Below are positions 25,192 through 38,393 of a DNA stretch of 64,000 nt, piece after piece. The notes under the pieces were generated by a model. The model made no database searches. It saw only the letters and a program-made list of their open reading frames with translations, and had not been told where the DNA came from. This DNA comes from Podarcis pityusensis (lineage: Eukaryota), in assembly GCA_964106645.2 (NCBI GenBank), contig OZ067043.1; one strand, 5' to 3'. Position 1 is the first letter of the stretch. Every line of letters starts with the position of its first letter. A program made the translations under genes and the position numbers.

Positions 25192-26219
25192 AACTTAGCT
25201 GAACTGGGTGTTGGTGGTTGTTGCCACCCTTATCATCATATCGACTGTCATAGTTTTCTAGTTAAATATCCTAGGTGAACTTTAAAACAGCCAATTCATG
25301 AAAATTGCAGATTGAGCACAAGTCAGACAGTCCCTGTACTTTCTAAAAATAATGGGCTTTGTATGTGATAGGAATCTTTTATCATTTGTATCATAATTAA
25401 TATGAATTCAGTGGGCAAATTGGATACTGGCCTATATTGACACAGAGCTGCCTCTACTCCAGAGAGATTAGATTGTTCGCTTACAAACATCTCCTGTCCA
25501 TTATGCCTTATCTACTTCATGGAGGTGGCAAGGCAGATGGCTGCGCAAATGATACAGGAGCCCATCAACTCAGTCCGACTCACACCAATTAATCTCTTCA
25601 TCAGCAACACCTTTCAGCATTCTCCTGCCACTCAGTTTTTTAATCAAGTGACTCAATGGGTTCCTATAGAAACCAATTGCATACTACTTTAGTGTTATGG
25701 CTTTCATCTGAAGAAGGGTTATTATCAGAAGAGGAGCTCTTTTCCCCTGAATCTATAAGAAAGTTCAAATAGATATTTTAATGGTTATACTTATGGTTAA
25801 ATGCTCCAATTGTTCCCTACATGTTTCAGTGTGTGTTTCATTTCTTCTGTCTGGATTCCCCACTCTCTGGATGAATAGTATGAAATAATTTTGTGGCCAT
25901 ACATTTAGTGTCTCAGTGGCCTGCACCCTTAGTTTTCATTCAGACTAGAGCATTGTTGTAAGCATTACTTATATGACTTTTAGGTTATAGCCCTCACATA
26001 GAATCATGAAACAAAACATATCTAAAAACAATAAAAATCAACATAATAAGAGATAGCAAAAGCATATCAGGAGGACAAAGCATGACTTCCTCTGATGGTT
26101 GGGTCGGCTTATATGGGAAGAGGCAGCTGTTTCAATATCCTAGTTGAACACTCTTTAGGGTTTTATAGTTCAAGATCAGCACACTTTCATTTGGGTCTTG
26201 AGAAATTTGGGTCTCCTCC

Positions 26220-26470
26220 CTCCCTAGAGAAGCTAGACTGGCTCCCTCCTTGTTGTCCTTCTGCCAGCAGTTGAAGAACTGGCTTTGGGGGATTTAATTT
26301 AAGGGCTGGTGCCATGCTGTTTTTATTGCAATTATTGGTATGTTTTAAACAGATTTTTCTATCGATGTGTAATTCTATTTTAATGATTGCTTTTTCTATG
26401 TTTTTAGCAGTTCTTGTTTTTATCTATAAACCGCCTTAAGTCTTGTCAGGGAAAAAGCAAGGTATAAATG
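26220..26470 (+). mobile_element. Degenerate L2 LINE 3' end
   Basis: T-rich 3' UTR ending taaaccgcctt..ggtataaat. Confidence 0.5.
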
Positions 26471-29400
26471 TATAATAACATAACATTAGTGTCATTTTGT
26501 CAGGCAATCAGGATCCTGCCAACTTTCTACCTGCTCATTTTTCACAAGTTGAACTTTCCAGATGCTTTTCAGAGGTAGCCCATATAGAGCATCTTATGTT
26601 CTGTGGTCTATCTTCCCTGCTGCCTATCAACTAACATAAACAAACTCCTCAGCTCTAAGTGCAAGGATCTGCCTTTTTAGCTTATGTTATTATGTAAAAT
26701 TGATTGATGATGGTAATGAAGCCGATGATAATTTAGCATTCACATTTTACATTTTTAATGTGTTACACCCCCCCCCAAAAAAAACCCCATCACAAACCTT
26801 TTTGTAACCCATATCCCCACTTGCTGTTTCTTCCTGAGCTATGCTATCATCATATGTGCTAGGGGTGATTCATAGCAAAGCTGGTGCAGCCTGAGATGCA
26901 AAAGACAAGGAAAAAATGTGTTTTGTTGTATGATTATCTGTCTAATTTTAGCAGTGTTGGCTGTCTAGCAGTCAAATAGGAGGTACGTGACCTATCCTGC
27001 TGAACAGCCATGGTGCTGATTGGGTCCACTTATGTCCTGGCAAAATGCAAACTCACGTCCTGAGTAAGCTTCAGCCCTGGCTGTGATAATGTAATATTTC
27101 CCAGCGAGGCTGAGATAGTTCTTTGTGGTTGAGCAAGCACTGTAGGGAAAGGCAGGGTTTGCTGTCAGCACAGTCAGTCAGGAAGCATGTAAACAAAGTT
27201 CTAGCTGAGGGAGTGTTTCTCTAGTGCAAGACAGATCATTTAATAATTTATCTTCACTACAGACGTCTTGGTGTAGAAGAGCCCTTTAGCAATCCCCAAA
27301 CAGCAGGCTGATAGCAGCAATAGAAGACTTGGCATCTCTATAATGCCTTTCATCCAAAGACTTTGCAAAAGACTACAACAAAATAGGGCATTAACTCTCA
27401 TGTCACTCCTGTGAAAGAAAGGGTGACTGGATCAAAACTAGCTGGACCTTAGGAAAGACACACCCACCTTGAACCAGTACAGCCAACACAAAATTATATT
27501 TATAAAAGTGTTTAGTTACCATTCTGCTTCACACATCCTAAATTTTCAAGACAAGCCAGCTTTATTGGAGGACAAGAAGGAGACCTTTTCAAAGGGAAAA
27601 AAAAGGTTTACGGTTTAAAATGTGGCTTAACCAGAAATGCAGCAAAGAAAGATTGACAATGCTGCATGGCACCCTAATCTCTGAATGGTGTGAGACTCCA
27701 GGGGTTTCAGGTGCTTATCTAAGGTTCATGTTTCCTTTCAGAAAGGAGGCACAGCAGACACTGTTGTGTCTTTATGATAATTGGCTTATTTACACATATA
27801 TACAACCTGAGCCTATGATGGAGGGATTCACGGCATTAACACTCCCAAAGGGTCTTGTTTCTCCCATAGCCACAGCCTTGGATTCCAACAGAAATCAAAC
27901 ATTGCTCTCAAATGTTGCTCTGACTTTCTCTCCAGCTTGCTGTTTTATTTCTAACTAACTGCGAGCCCATTTGCCATCTCCCACAGAGCCCCTTCCCTTT
28001 GTTTCCCTTAATGGCCCATCACCCAGGCTATCGCCTCAACGCAGGAAACTAGCCTGGCTTATATTTTAACACTTGCTGGACCCAGGGGTAAGAAGGATCA
28101 CGTGTTCAACCTGCTTCCTTCTGCCACCCAAACTGAGTGCAATAGCAAATAATAAGCCCAGTTCTCCAGAGAGCACTACAAATCAGTATGTGTAGCTGAG
28201 GTTGTGGTGTCTGGCTCCAACACCAAAGCAATTTTAAATGCTGAACAGGGCCTCAGAGGATTGCTGGCACCCAGAGATATCAAAAAAGCGAGAGAAAGAA
28301 TGGATCCATTGCTCATGTGCACCACCTAAATAGTTCAGGGGAACAGACCCATCCACTCTGAGTCTGAAAGCCAGTTCAAGATATTTTATGTGTGAATTCA
28401 CACCCAGTCTCTCTTCTTCTTCTTCATATCTTGCTTTGTACCCAGACCAAGGCTGTCATCTCACCATCACCTCCCCGCTCTCCCTCGCCATGCTGGCATG
28501 TCACAGTGATGCAGCCAAAAGGAGGCCAGGTGAGCTGTGCACCTGCACTGCACCATCTCCTATTGATTAACACCTTGAATTGGGCCCAGAAATGGCTAGC
28601 AGACTGAGCAGTCACCTTACCTTAGCCCTCTCCATTATGGTAAGATGTATTGCATAGTAAACTATTGCATTGTAAGTATTATATAGTAAATTTATACTGT
28701 AATAACAATTTAATTCTGCTTCTATGCATATAAATTAGCATATGAAAAATGTTATGCAAATTTGTGCCCCCTTTTTTGGTGCAGCGTATGTAACCACCCA
28801 AATAATTGGCTAACTTCCTCCAAGAGTGTGACATATGCAGATAGTGTTATAAAATTGCCACAGCTATCAGACTCATTGAATCAGGAGATTCCCTTTCAGG
28901 CAAAATGTTCAATAGAGAACATTAACTCTAAGATCTTCCTCTCCACTGGGAGGAACAGCGATAGAAGAAAGAAAATCTTTGCATTGATGCCAATGAGAAA
29001 TCTGAGACAGTTTTGCCTTGAGTTGTGTTTCTCCATCAAATGCTCCGAGTGTAAATATTTACTGGCAACTATTCCCAGTCTATTAGCAAGTCAGCTTTGT
29101 GCTGCCGGTGTTACTAGGGGAACTACTTCAAAAATCTGCTTGATGTATTCAAACCTTCTCCAATGTATTCATTTAATTTGTTTATATCTAACTTTTGCTG
29201 CCGCACATATGGCTTTTGCTTGTGTTTCTGCTTGATTAGTTTCTACATTTCCATATGTAATTTATGTCAAATTGATCACAGGTGCATTCAGAGAAGAAGG
29301 AGGAGGAAAACGGAGACATTTACAGAATGTCCCATATATGCAATATTGAACCTTCTATATGGATGCTGTAGACCCATTGGGCTCATGTGTTATAAAGCCT

Positions 29401-29549
29401 CTTGGACAGAGACTTGTGGCAGGGGAAGGAAAAGGGCAAGGAAGGTTACCTAACCACAGTTCCACTCCCAGAGGAATGAGCAAGTTTTAAAGTTTGGATC
29501 CCATCTTGAAGGAGGAGTTTCCCGATCAAAGGAGAGTATGTTTAAAGCA

Positions 29550-29725
29550 CAGGAATCTGCCTTATACCAAGTCAGGCAAAATGTCGATCTAGCTAAATAC
29601 TGCCTACGCTGACTGGCAGCCGCTCTCCAGGGCTTCAGACAAGGTGTCGTATCTCAGCCCTACCTGGAGATGCCAGGGATTCAACCTGCATGTAATGCAG
29701 ATGCTCTACTGCTCAGCTACAGCCC
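29550..29725 (-). mobile_element. tRNA-derived SINE (Squam2-like)
   Basis: Minus strand gggctgtagctgagcagtagagcatctgc...aggttgaatccctggcatctccaggtagggctg: tRNA-like A/B boxes. Confidence 0.7.
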
Positions 29726-31098
29726 ATCAGACAGGCTACCAGGATTCACAGAAAGTGTGGAAAGCAAGCTGGGTGCTAATGGATTTGTTGGTGGGTTAAT
29801 TGGTGGCTGCAGTGCCCCAGACATGGGGTTTTCTTTTGCAAAGCCTCTGTCCGGATGGCTTGATTGCATTAGGGAGACAGGAGGCATCTGCATATTTCAA
29901 AATTATCATGCCTCTTTGCCCACTCACATTCCTTAGTTTACCATCTTGTTTCAGATGGCAAGGACGCTTACGATGCTCAGTCTTGCCTTGATACTCCTAC
30001 CATTTGCACAGGCAAAAGCTGGCTCAGGAAATAACAGCACATGTATGATTACTCAATCTTATACTTTTCAGGGGAATGCAGGAAGGGTAGTTGTCAAAAA
30101 TCAGGCCGATAAGTATCCCTCAGGCAGTAGTTTTGTTACTGCAATTCCTCCCTGTATAATATACGAAAGGAGATTATTTCCCTGGAATTTTCTTTAGCCC
30201 CAGCCATTCTCCAAGTAAATGGTTTCTGCACTGCAGAACAATTTCATGCACTAATATTGCCTGAGCTCAATTGTTCCAAGCAGTGGTTTGTCTTTATAAA
30301 GTCACATAGGCTACAATACAGCAAACTGAGCACAAACAGGCTCCACTGAAGTATGTGGAAAGAATCATGAGAAAAAGCCACTCCACACAATAGAGGCTTC
30401 TTGAGGCAGAATCTTAGGGCATTACAACTCCTGAGAACCACCATGGACTTCCTCTCAGTGATACCATCTTTGCATGAGATTGAGTCAGCAAGGGTCTAAA
30501 AAGAGATGTTCTTAGTGGTTGTTTCCAATTAGAACATTCTCTCTCTTGGCAGTAAAGACCTGACGATCTTTCAGCAGAGCTAGTGTTCCTACGCTGGTGT
30601 TTGGCATGATCTTTAGGATTAAGTTGGAAAATGGCGGACGTATTTCATGAATTATATGAAATCTAGTCTTATTAGTGTTTTAGTATTTTTAGCTTGCTTT
30701 TTTTTAACTAACAGAAACCCTCTTGATGGGCAGGCCAGACAGGAAGCAAAATAAATGAATAGCATAAGGGATCACCAAAGCTTTGCCCTAGAATATTTAT
30801 TTTTAAATGTCAGGACTCAGGACATTTGGAACATGCTAAGGAATAAAAAGAAAAGGCAGATAATATTTGAACGTCCACAGAGTGGGGTGTTTATATACTC
30901 ACAATTGAATGATGACAGTTTCATCTCATCTGAATTTAGGGCTAAAATATTGCAAGGCAGTATGATTTCCAGATAGAGTTGAGCCCTGGGATCTCCCATT
31001 TTAGAAATTAAACATCAACCAGTCATACCAGCAAATTGTATTTGCTGTTAAGCCTAATGTTTGAGCAGGAAATTGAACCCTTCACAAGACTTGGATGC

Positions 31099-31139
<41 letters not shown>

Positions 31140-31140
<1 letters not shown>

Positions 31141-31365
31141 AGTGGTGCCTCGGGTTACATATGCTTCGGGTTACAGACTCCGCTAACCCAGAAATAGTAC
31201 CTCGGGTTAAGAACTTTGCTTCAGGATGAGAACTGAAATCATGCTCTGGCGGCGCGGCAGCAGCGGGAGGCCCCATTAGCTAAAGTGGTGCTTCAGGTTA
31301 AGAACAGTTTCAGGTTAAGAACAGACCTCCGGAACAAATTAAGTACTTAACCCGAGGTACCACTG
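31140..31365 (+). mobile_element. Tc1/mariner MITE, copy 4, flanked by (TG)n on both sides
   Basis: Same family; (TG)n at 31102-31137 and 31364-31382. Confidence 0.92.
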
Positions 31366-32911
31366 TGTGTGTGTGTGTGTGTATATACACATCTTGTAGA
31401 GAATCTACTCTAAGAATCAACTCTTTGATAATGTTCTGTCACACCCTTAAAAGAATGCATAATAGATGGGTATCTTTTACATGTGTGGACTACATCTGCT
31501 GCACAATATGAGAGTATCAGTCTCACATTCAGATTCCTAGGAGACCTGCATGGTTGGCACATGGTGCTGCATGGTATGAGGGTTTGTCATTTGATTTTTC
31601 ATCCCCCCCAGTGTATTCCATCGTGAAACAAAAATGTTCCACTAGTGTGCTAGCCACCAGTATACAACTATTCTCTGAGTTTACACTTTTGTAGAAAATA
31701 GATAGATTTTTTTCAGATCCAAATCTACAACGATGGCATATGCTGATTTCTGTTGCTAGGACAGGGTGATGATTACTGGAACATGTGGTGAATTGAATGT
31801 ACGATTGAAAAAATGCAAAACTGAGAGAATTGAAGTTGTCATTCTTCCACCCCTAGTATAGACCCATTCCTCTTCCTGTTCAAAAGTCAGATGATTTCAA
31901 GGATTCTGAATGCATGATTGGGACAGCTGAGGTGAAAACGCTTCTTGACTGCAGTCGGGGCTCGATGGAGCCTGAGAAATTCATATTTGAAAGAAGAAGT
32001 GGTGGTATTTGAAGAAGTCAGCCAGGTGTCTGGCTGAGGAGGAGGTGAAGACAACTGAGAAGAGTGATGAGATGTGACAGAGGAAAGAAAGAGGCAGAAT
32101 TGGAAGATGCAAACAGATGAGCTGACAGCAGTAAACAGGTTGAGACTGAAATTGCCCTTAAAAGGGGGAAGTCAAAGGATGATTTGATTAAGATGAGTAA
32201 ATGACAAAAAGGAAAATGAAATTGGGAAGAAAAGCCCATCAGCATCCCACACAGCAAAAAGAAGAGCAGATCATTGTTGTTAATGAGGGCTCATGCCCAT
32301 CATTCTTATCACCAGCTTCTGTCTGGAGCATCTAGCCCCTGAGACATGGAAGAATGTATGCCTATATGCAGTTCAGATCATATTTCTGTCTAGCATTGTC
32401 CTTCAGATACATTTCTCTCTCTCTCTCTCATTATGCTGGAATTGCAGGCTCAGCTTTTAAACTTCTTTTTCTTAATAAGCAATTTGTACAATCACACAAA
32501 TTGTATGTTCTCTGATGCATTAACTTTGCCAAAACATGGTTGAGAAGAGATGGAGGGCATGAAATAGCTTGGACGCTGCTATTCTAAAGTAGATAGGCTT
32601 AGCTGCTGATCAAAGAGATTAGAAAATGAAATGGAAATTCAGTAGGTTAATATACCCTATGACTTATGACTATTCGGGAATATAAAGGTCTCATCAGCAG
32701 TATTTGAATTACGTAATATTCAGCTGTGAGTCCTGCAAGCTTCTGTATGTGAACTGGGAGGGGTCACCATCTTGTCCTATGCCTCAGGCAGCAAAATGTC
32801 TTGGGGTGGCCAAAGCTCTTAAAGTGTCCAATTAAATGTGTGGGTGAGTAGAACAATGCCATATACGGTACCTTGTAAGACTCAAAGTAGAAACAAAAAA
32901 AATAAGGGAAG

Positions 32912-35082
32912 ACAGTCAAAGGCTTTTACATAGTCAATGAAGCAGAAGTAGATGTCTTTCTGGAACTCTCTAGCTTTCTCCATAATCCAGCGCATGTTTG
33001 CAATTTGGTCTCTGGTTCCCCTGCCCCTTCGAAATCCAGCTTGCACTTCTGGGAGTTCTCGGTCCACATACTGCTTAAGCCTGCCTTGTAGAATTTTAAG
33101 CATAACCTTGCTAGCGTGTGAAATGAGTGCAATTGTGCGGTAATTGGAGCATTCTTTGGCACTGCCCTTCTTTGGGATTGGGATTCTCCAATCCTCTGGC
33201 CACTGCTGAGTTTTCCAAATTTGCTGGCATATTGAGTGTAGCACTTTGACAGCATCATCGTTTAAAATTTTAAATAGTTCAGCTGGAATATCATCACTTC
33301 CACTGGCCTTGTTATTAGCAGTGCTTTCTAAGGCCCATTTGACTTCACTCTCCAGGATGTCTGGCTCAAGGTCAGCAACCACACTACCTGGAGTGTACGA
33401 GACATCCATTTCTTTCTGGTATAATTCCTCTGTGTATTCTTGCCACCTCTTCTTAATGTCTTCTGCTTCTGTTAGGTGTATTCTTGCCACCTCTTCTTAA
33501 TGTCTTCTGCTTCTGTTAGGTCCTTTCCACTTTTGTCTTTTATTATGGTAATCTTTGTACGAAATGTTCCTTTCATATCTCCAATTTTCTTGAACAGATC
33601 TCTGGTTTTTCCCATTCTATTGTTTTCCTCTATTTCTTTGCATTGCTCGTTTAAGAAGGCCTTCTTGTCTCTCCTTGCTATTTTTTGAAAATCTGCATTC
33701 AGTTTCCTGTATCTTTTACTATCTCCCTCGCATTTTGCTTGCCTTCTCTCCCCCGCTATTTGTAAGGCCTCGTTGGACAGCCACTTTGCTTTCTTGCATT
33801 TCCTTTTCATTGGGATGGTTTTCGTTGCTGCCTCCTGTATAATGTTACGAGCCTCCATCCATAGTTCTTCAGGCACTCTGTCCACCAAATCTAAATCCTT
33901 AAACCTGTTCCTCACTTCCACTGTGTATTCATAAGGGATTTGACTTAGATTGTATCTTACCGGCCCAGTGGTTTTTCCTACTTTCTTCAGTTTAAGCTTT
34001 AATTTTGCTATAAGAAGCTGATGATCTGAGCCACAGTCAGCTCCAGGTCTTGTTTTTGCTGACTGTATAGAGCTTCTCCATCTTTGGCTGCAGAGAATAT
34101 AATCAATCTGATTTCGATGCTGCCCATCTGGTGATGTCCATGTGTAAAGTCGTCTCTTGTGTTGTTGGAAAAGAGTGTTTGTGATGACCAGCTTGTTCTC
34201 TTGGCAGAACTCTATTAGCCTTTTGCCCTGCTTCGTTTTGAACTCCAAGGCCAAACTTGCCAGTTGTTCCTTTTATCTCTTGACTCCCTACTTTAGCATT
34301 CCAATCCCCTATAATGAGAAGAACATCCTTCTTTGGTGTCATTTCTATAAGGTGTTGTAAGTCTTCATAGAATTGGTCAATTTCAGTTTCTTGGATTACT
34401 GTGATGTTAAAAGGTCTGCCTTGGATTCGTATCGAGATCATTCTATCATTTTTGAGATTGCATCCCAGTACAGCTTTCACCACTCTTTTGTTGACTATGA
34501 GGGCCACTCCATTTCTTTTATGGGATTCTTGCCCACAGTAGTAGATATGATGGTCATCTGAACTGAATTCGCCCATTCCCGTCCATTTTAGTTCACTGAT
34601 GCCAGGATGTCAATATTTATTCTTGACATCTCATTTTTGACCACATCCAACTTACCAAGGTTCATGGTTCTTACATTCCAGGTTCCTATGCAATATTTTT
34701 CTTTACAGCATTGGACTTTCCTGTCGCTTCCAGGCATATCCGCAACTGAGCGTCCTTTTGGCTTTGGCCCAGCCGCTTCATCAGCTCTGGATCTACTTGT
34801 ACTTGTCCTCCGCTCTTCCTCAATAGCATGTTGGACACCTTCCGACCTGAGGGGCTCATCTTCCAGCGTCATAACTTTTATATGCCTGTTGCCTTTGTCC
34901 ATGGAGTTTTCTTGGCAGGGATACTGGAGTGGCTTGCCAGTTCCTGCTCCAGGTGGATCACGTTTGGTCAAAACTCTCCACTATGACCTGTCCATCTTGG
35001 GTGGCCCTGCACGGCATAGCTCATAGCTTCTCTGAGTTATTCAAGCCCCTTCGCCACGGCAAGGCAGTGATCCATGAAGGGG
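32912..35082 (-). mobile_element. BovB (RTE) LINE: 5' UTR, endonuclease and N-terminal RT; frameshifted; 3' part missing
   Basis: ORFs give IGTWNVRTMN, IIGDWNAKVG, NQIDYIL, GSDHQLL (APE endonuclease) and NYRTIALISHASK, QAGFRRGRGTRDQI, CFIDYVKAFDC (RT); three frameshifts. Confidence 0.97.
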
Positions 35083-35164
35083 TTTGGGTTGATTACCTAA
35101 GAATATTGCCTTCCTCTCTATATGCCTACCTGAGCTCTAAAGCCTCTCCAGGAGCCCTGCTCCA

Positions 35165-35399
35165 CAGTGGCATGCGGTCAGTGGACTAGGGGGACTAGGC
35201 TAGTCCCCTAAATGTTCCCAGTATTAATGCTTGGTGCCTCCTTCCCAAAGCCTGGGAAGCTTCTGCCCAGCTTAGGGAGGGAGGCGCGATGCTCATGTGT
35301 GTGACGTTGGAAAGTCCACCCCTCCCCCCAATAGCCCTTGCAAGCTGGTGCCTCTGCCCCTAACTGTTCCCTTACGGAAAATTTCACCACACGTCACTG
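35165..35399. mobile_element. hAT-type MITE
   Basis: TIR CAGTGGCATGCGGT / ACCACACGTCACTG; perfect 8-bp TSD CTGCTCCA (35157-35164, 35400-35407). Confidence 0.88.
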
Positions 35400-35610
35400 C
35401 TGCTCCAGGTGCCCTGGTCAAGTGTGAGGTGTGTAGCTACCAATTCTATGGCCAGTTTGGTAGTGATATCCCAACTATGCAACAGACTCCTCAGAAAGTC
35501 TTATCTAATACCCTCTCTATGGTCTTTTTGACACAAAGGGAAAGCCTTTTCATTCACCCAGTCCTTTCTTTCAAATTTGGGGCAGAAAACAGGAAATGTT
35601 TTTTGTGCTT

Positions 35611-35693
35611 CATTGTATTGTATTGTATTGTATTGTATTGTATTGTATTGTATTGTATTGTATTGTATTGCATTGCATTGCATTGCATTGCAT
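35611..35693. repeat. Compound pentanucleotide microsatellite (TATTG)11(CATTG)4
   Basis: Direct observation. Confidence 0.95.
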
Positions 35694-37653
35694 AACATAC
35701 TGTATTATCCCAGGGAATATTTATTGATAGGCAGCCATAGATTTTTTAATCATACAAATCCTCCCCCTCATCAGAAATGTACATAATCCTCTCCTCAACA
35801 TTGCTTTTTAATTGGTGTTATTTGAGGGACTCTCTTTCCTCCTTCATGAAACTTTTTTCTGCCTTCCACAAACACCTTACCACAGGCTAATACAAATTCT
35901 GTTAGCAGGCTGCTATAAAGAAACTTGTTCCCTCCTGGCCCTAATGTCTATCATATCCCACAAGCACCCCTCTGTAACTTGACAGCAACAACTTTCCTTT
36001 AGAGCCCAACCACTTGGCAAGGGGCTTAGTTTGAGCAGCAAAATACTCTTCCACCTCCCAGTGGTCTGGAAGAGAGAGGAGCCCTTGAAAATAGAGAAGC
36101 TCTACATCTTTGTTGTACAAGGTGCCATTTTGCAACAGGTCTAATGTTCTCCCAGCCATTTCTATCAAGAACAACAACTCTCACCGAAGCTTCCATACAC
36201 AGAGCTACTGGTGCTTAAAATCTGTACTGAAGTGGAACTTAGAACCTTCTAAATAATGTCTTCTCTCAAGTTACAGGCTACACTCTGATGCTTCTGCTGC
36301 ATAAAATAAAATATGGCAATTATGGCACATCCCGATAATGCATTGAAATTTCACATAAGTGATGTATGAGTACATATGGGGAAAAGTCCCCCAAACTTAC
36401 TGAACCAAAGTCATCTGTTCTGCTGATCTGTCTGTAATCTGTTATCCTGTGCTTATTAGAAATGCTTAGAAATGTTTGTGATGAATATTATCATTCATTG
36501 GCCTCTCTGAGATGGCCATTATACAATCTCAACAGCTTGAGCATTGCACTTGTGTTTCCAGGGTGAACCTTGTTATATGTGCCTTAATCAACCTCTTTGC
36601 ACTTGGCCATCAGCAATGTGGAACAGAATAGTTCAGGTTGAGGAGGTTTAATCTTGTGTGTCGCATTGTAACCCTGATTGCAATATATTGCTGATTTAAT
36701 CTAGCCAAATGATATGCATCTGAATCACATCCCATCAGCGCAGCTCTGGCAAGCACAGGCACTTCAACAGTGCTGGGGGTTGTAGAACGAACAGATGGCA
36801 CAAACAGAGTGACTATGTTTCCCAAAACACCGAGTACCTGTGCACAGAAGTGGGTGCTCTTAATACACGCACAAACACAATGCACCCACATGCTCAGCGG
36901 AGGATCTTTAATACATGCATTGGAATATTTACAGGAATGGGAGACTCACATTGGACTATACTGTGAATTTTGCTTTGTGGCAGAAAGCAAAGACACTCAC
37001 ATTTTATTTTATTTTTTTACTATCTGCTGCATGTAGTCACATCTGAAAAAGGTATATTGTGTAAGCTTGGCATTTGCTCAGGCTATATGTGTGCATGTAG
37101 ACATGCAAACATGCCAGCTACTTTTCTTTAACCACCCCCTGCCCTTTGTATCTTGCCACATTTTCATTCCATTCTTCCTCCAAGAGTTCTTAGTGGCCAG
37201 ATCCACAGTGGGACATGGCTCTCAATACAAACCAGCCTTTGGTTTTTGAACCAAACCTCCCTGATGCCTCAGCTAGCATGATTATGTTGACTGGGGCTAA
37301 TCGGAGGTGAGGTCAAAATATCTGGAAGGCACTGGATTGGTAAAGGTTGGTATAAATGTTTTATTAAGTTCAAAGAATGCTGCCAGCAACTCTACATAAA
37401 GCTGGAGTTCCCCTCACATCCACAGGGAAAGCTCACATGTTCCCTTTTCATCCATCACAAAATGCAGTGGAAAAGGGGAAAGTAAGATTGCTTCCAGATG
37501 GTCATTATTTTTGCAGGTAGGATTCAATCCCATACTTGCAAATTCAAGTTGTGGATTTGGCACTTTTACTCAACTACTCTGTGCCCCCACCATACAAATT
37601 GGAGCACTTGTGTTAAGAAAAGGGATGCAACAATGCACTGAATAATGTAGAGT

Positions 37654-37922
37654 AAGAAGAAGAAGAGGAGGAGGAGGAGGAGGAGTTTGGATTTGATATC
37701 CCGCTTTATCACTACCCGAAGGAGTCTCAAAGCGGCTAACATTCTCCTTTCCCTTTCTCCCCCACAACAAACACTCTGTGAAGTGAGTGGGACTGAGAGA
37801 CTTCAGAGAAGTGTGACTGGCCCAAGGTCACCCAGCAGCTGCATGTGGAGGAGCAGAGACGCGAACCCTGTTCACCAGATTACGAGTCTACCGCTCTTAA
37901 CCACTACACCACACTGGCTCTC
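37654..37922 (-). mobile_element. Squam3-type (MIR/Ther1-derived) SINE, full length
   Basis: Minus strand starts gagagccagtgtggtgtagtggttaagagcggtagactcgtaatctgg; core ggtgaccttgggccagtcac; (CCT/CTT)n tail. Confidence 0.85.
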
Positions 37923-38241
37923 CAGTGTTACGTTGCTTGATGTTACGTTGCACAACCTCCCCACAAACAAATCCGAACAAATGTTCAGTTAATAGCAGGT
38001 GTTGTATAACCGCCTTGAAAACCCGTCAGGATGAATGCTCATGCATCTGCTTTGTGCTGCGTCTTGTAATTATGTTTTTAAACCATCTTATTGTTTAACA
38101 ATTGTTCATGTAAAATTTTCAGAAAGCAAACATAACGTAGCATAAATTCAGGCAAGTTTTTTTTATTAATGAAACTACAAAAATTAGACCTCATGAATAA
38201 AATAAACAGGAAATCTGCAGCACAGAAAATATAATCTATGC

Positions 38242-38393
38242 CAGTGCTTTTTTTCTTAAAAAAAAAAAAAGTTTAGGGGTACTCTCATTTTCCTACTCAT
38301 ATTGAAATACTGCCCCTCAATGAGACCAAACTTAGATTCACAAAATGATTAGGGGTATGTGTACCCCTGCGTACCCACAGAAGAAAAAGCACT
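38242..38393. mobile_element. Short hAT-like MITE
   Basis: TIR CAGTGCTTTTT / AAAAAGCACT; partial TSD ctatgc. Confidence 0.7.

Noticed and set aside
29946-30197. ORF with signal-peptide-like start MARTLTMLSLALILLPFAQA after an acceptor-like AG
   Set aside because: No good splice donor, no recognisable family, no partner exons; likely chance
3736-35082. The two BovB pieces as halves of one element split by ~29 kb
   Set aside because: Outer flanks share no TSD, the middle of the RT is absent from both pieces, and independent copies are more parsimonious
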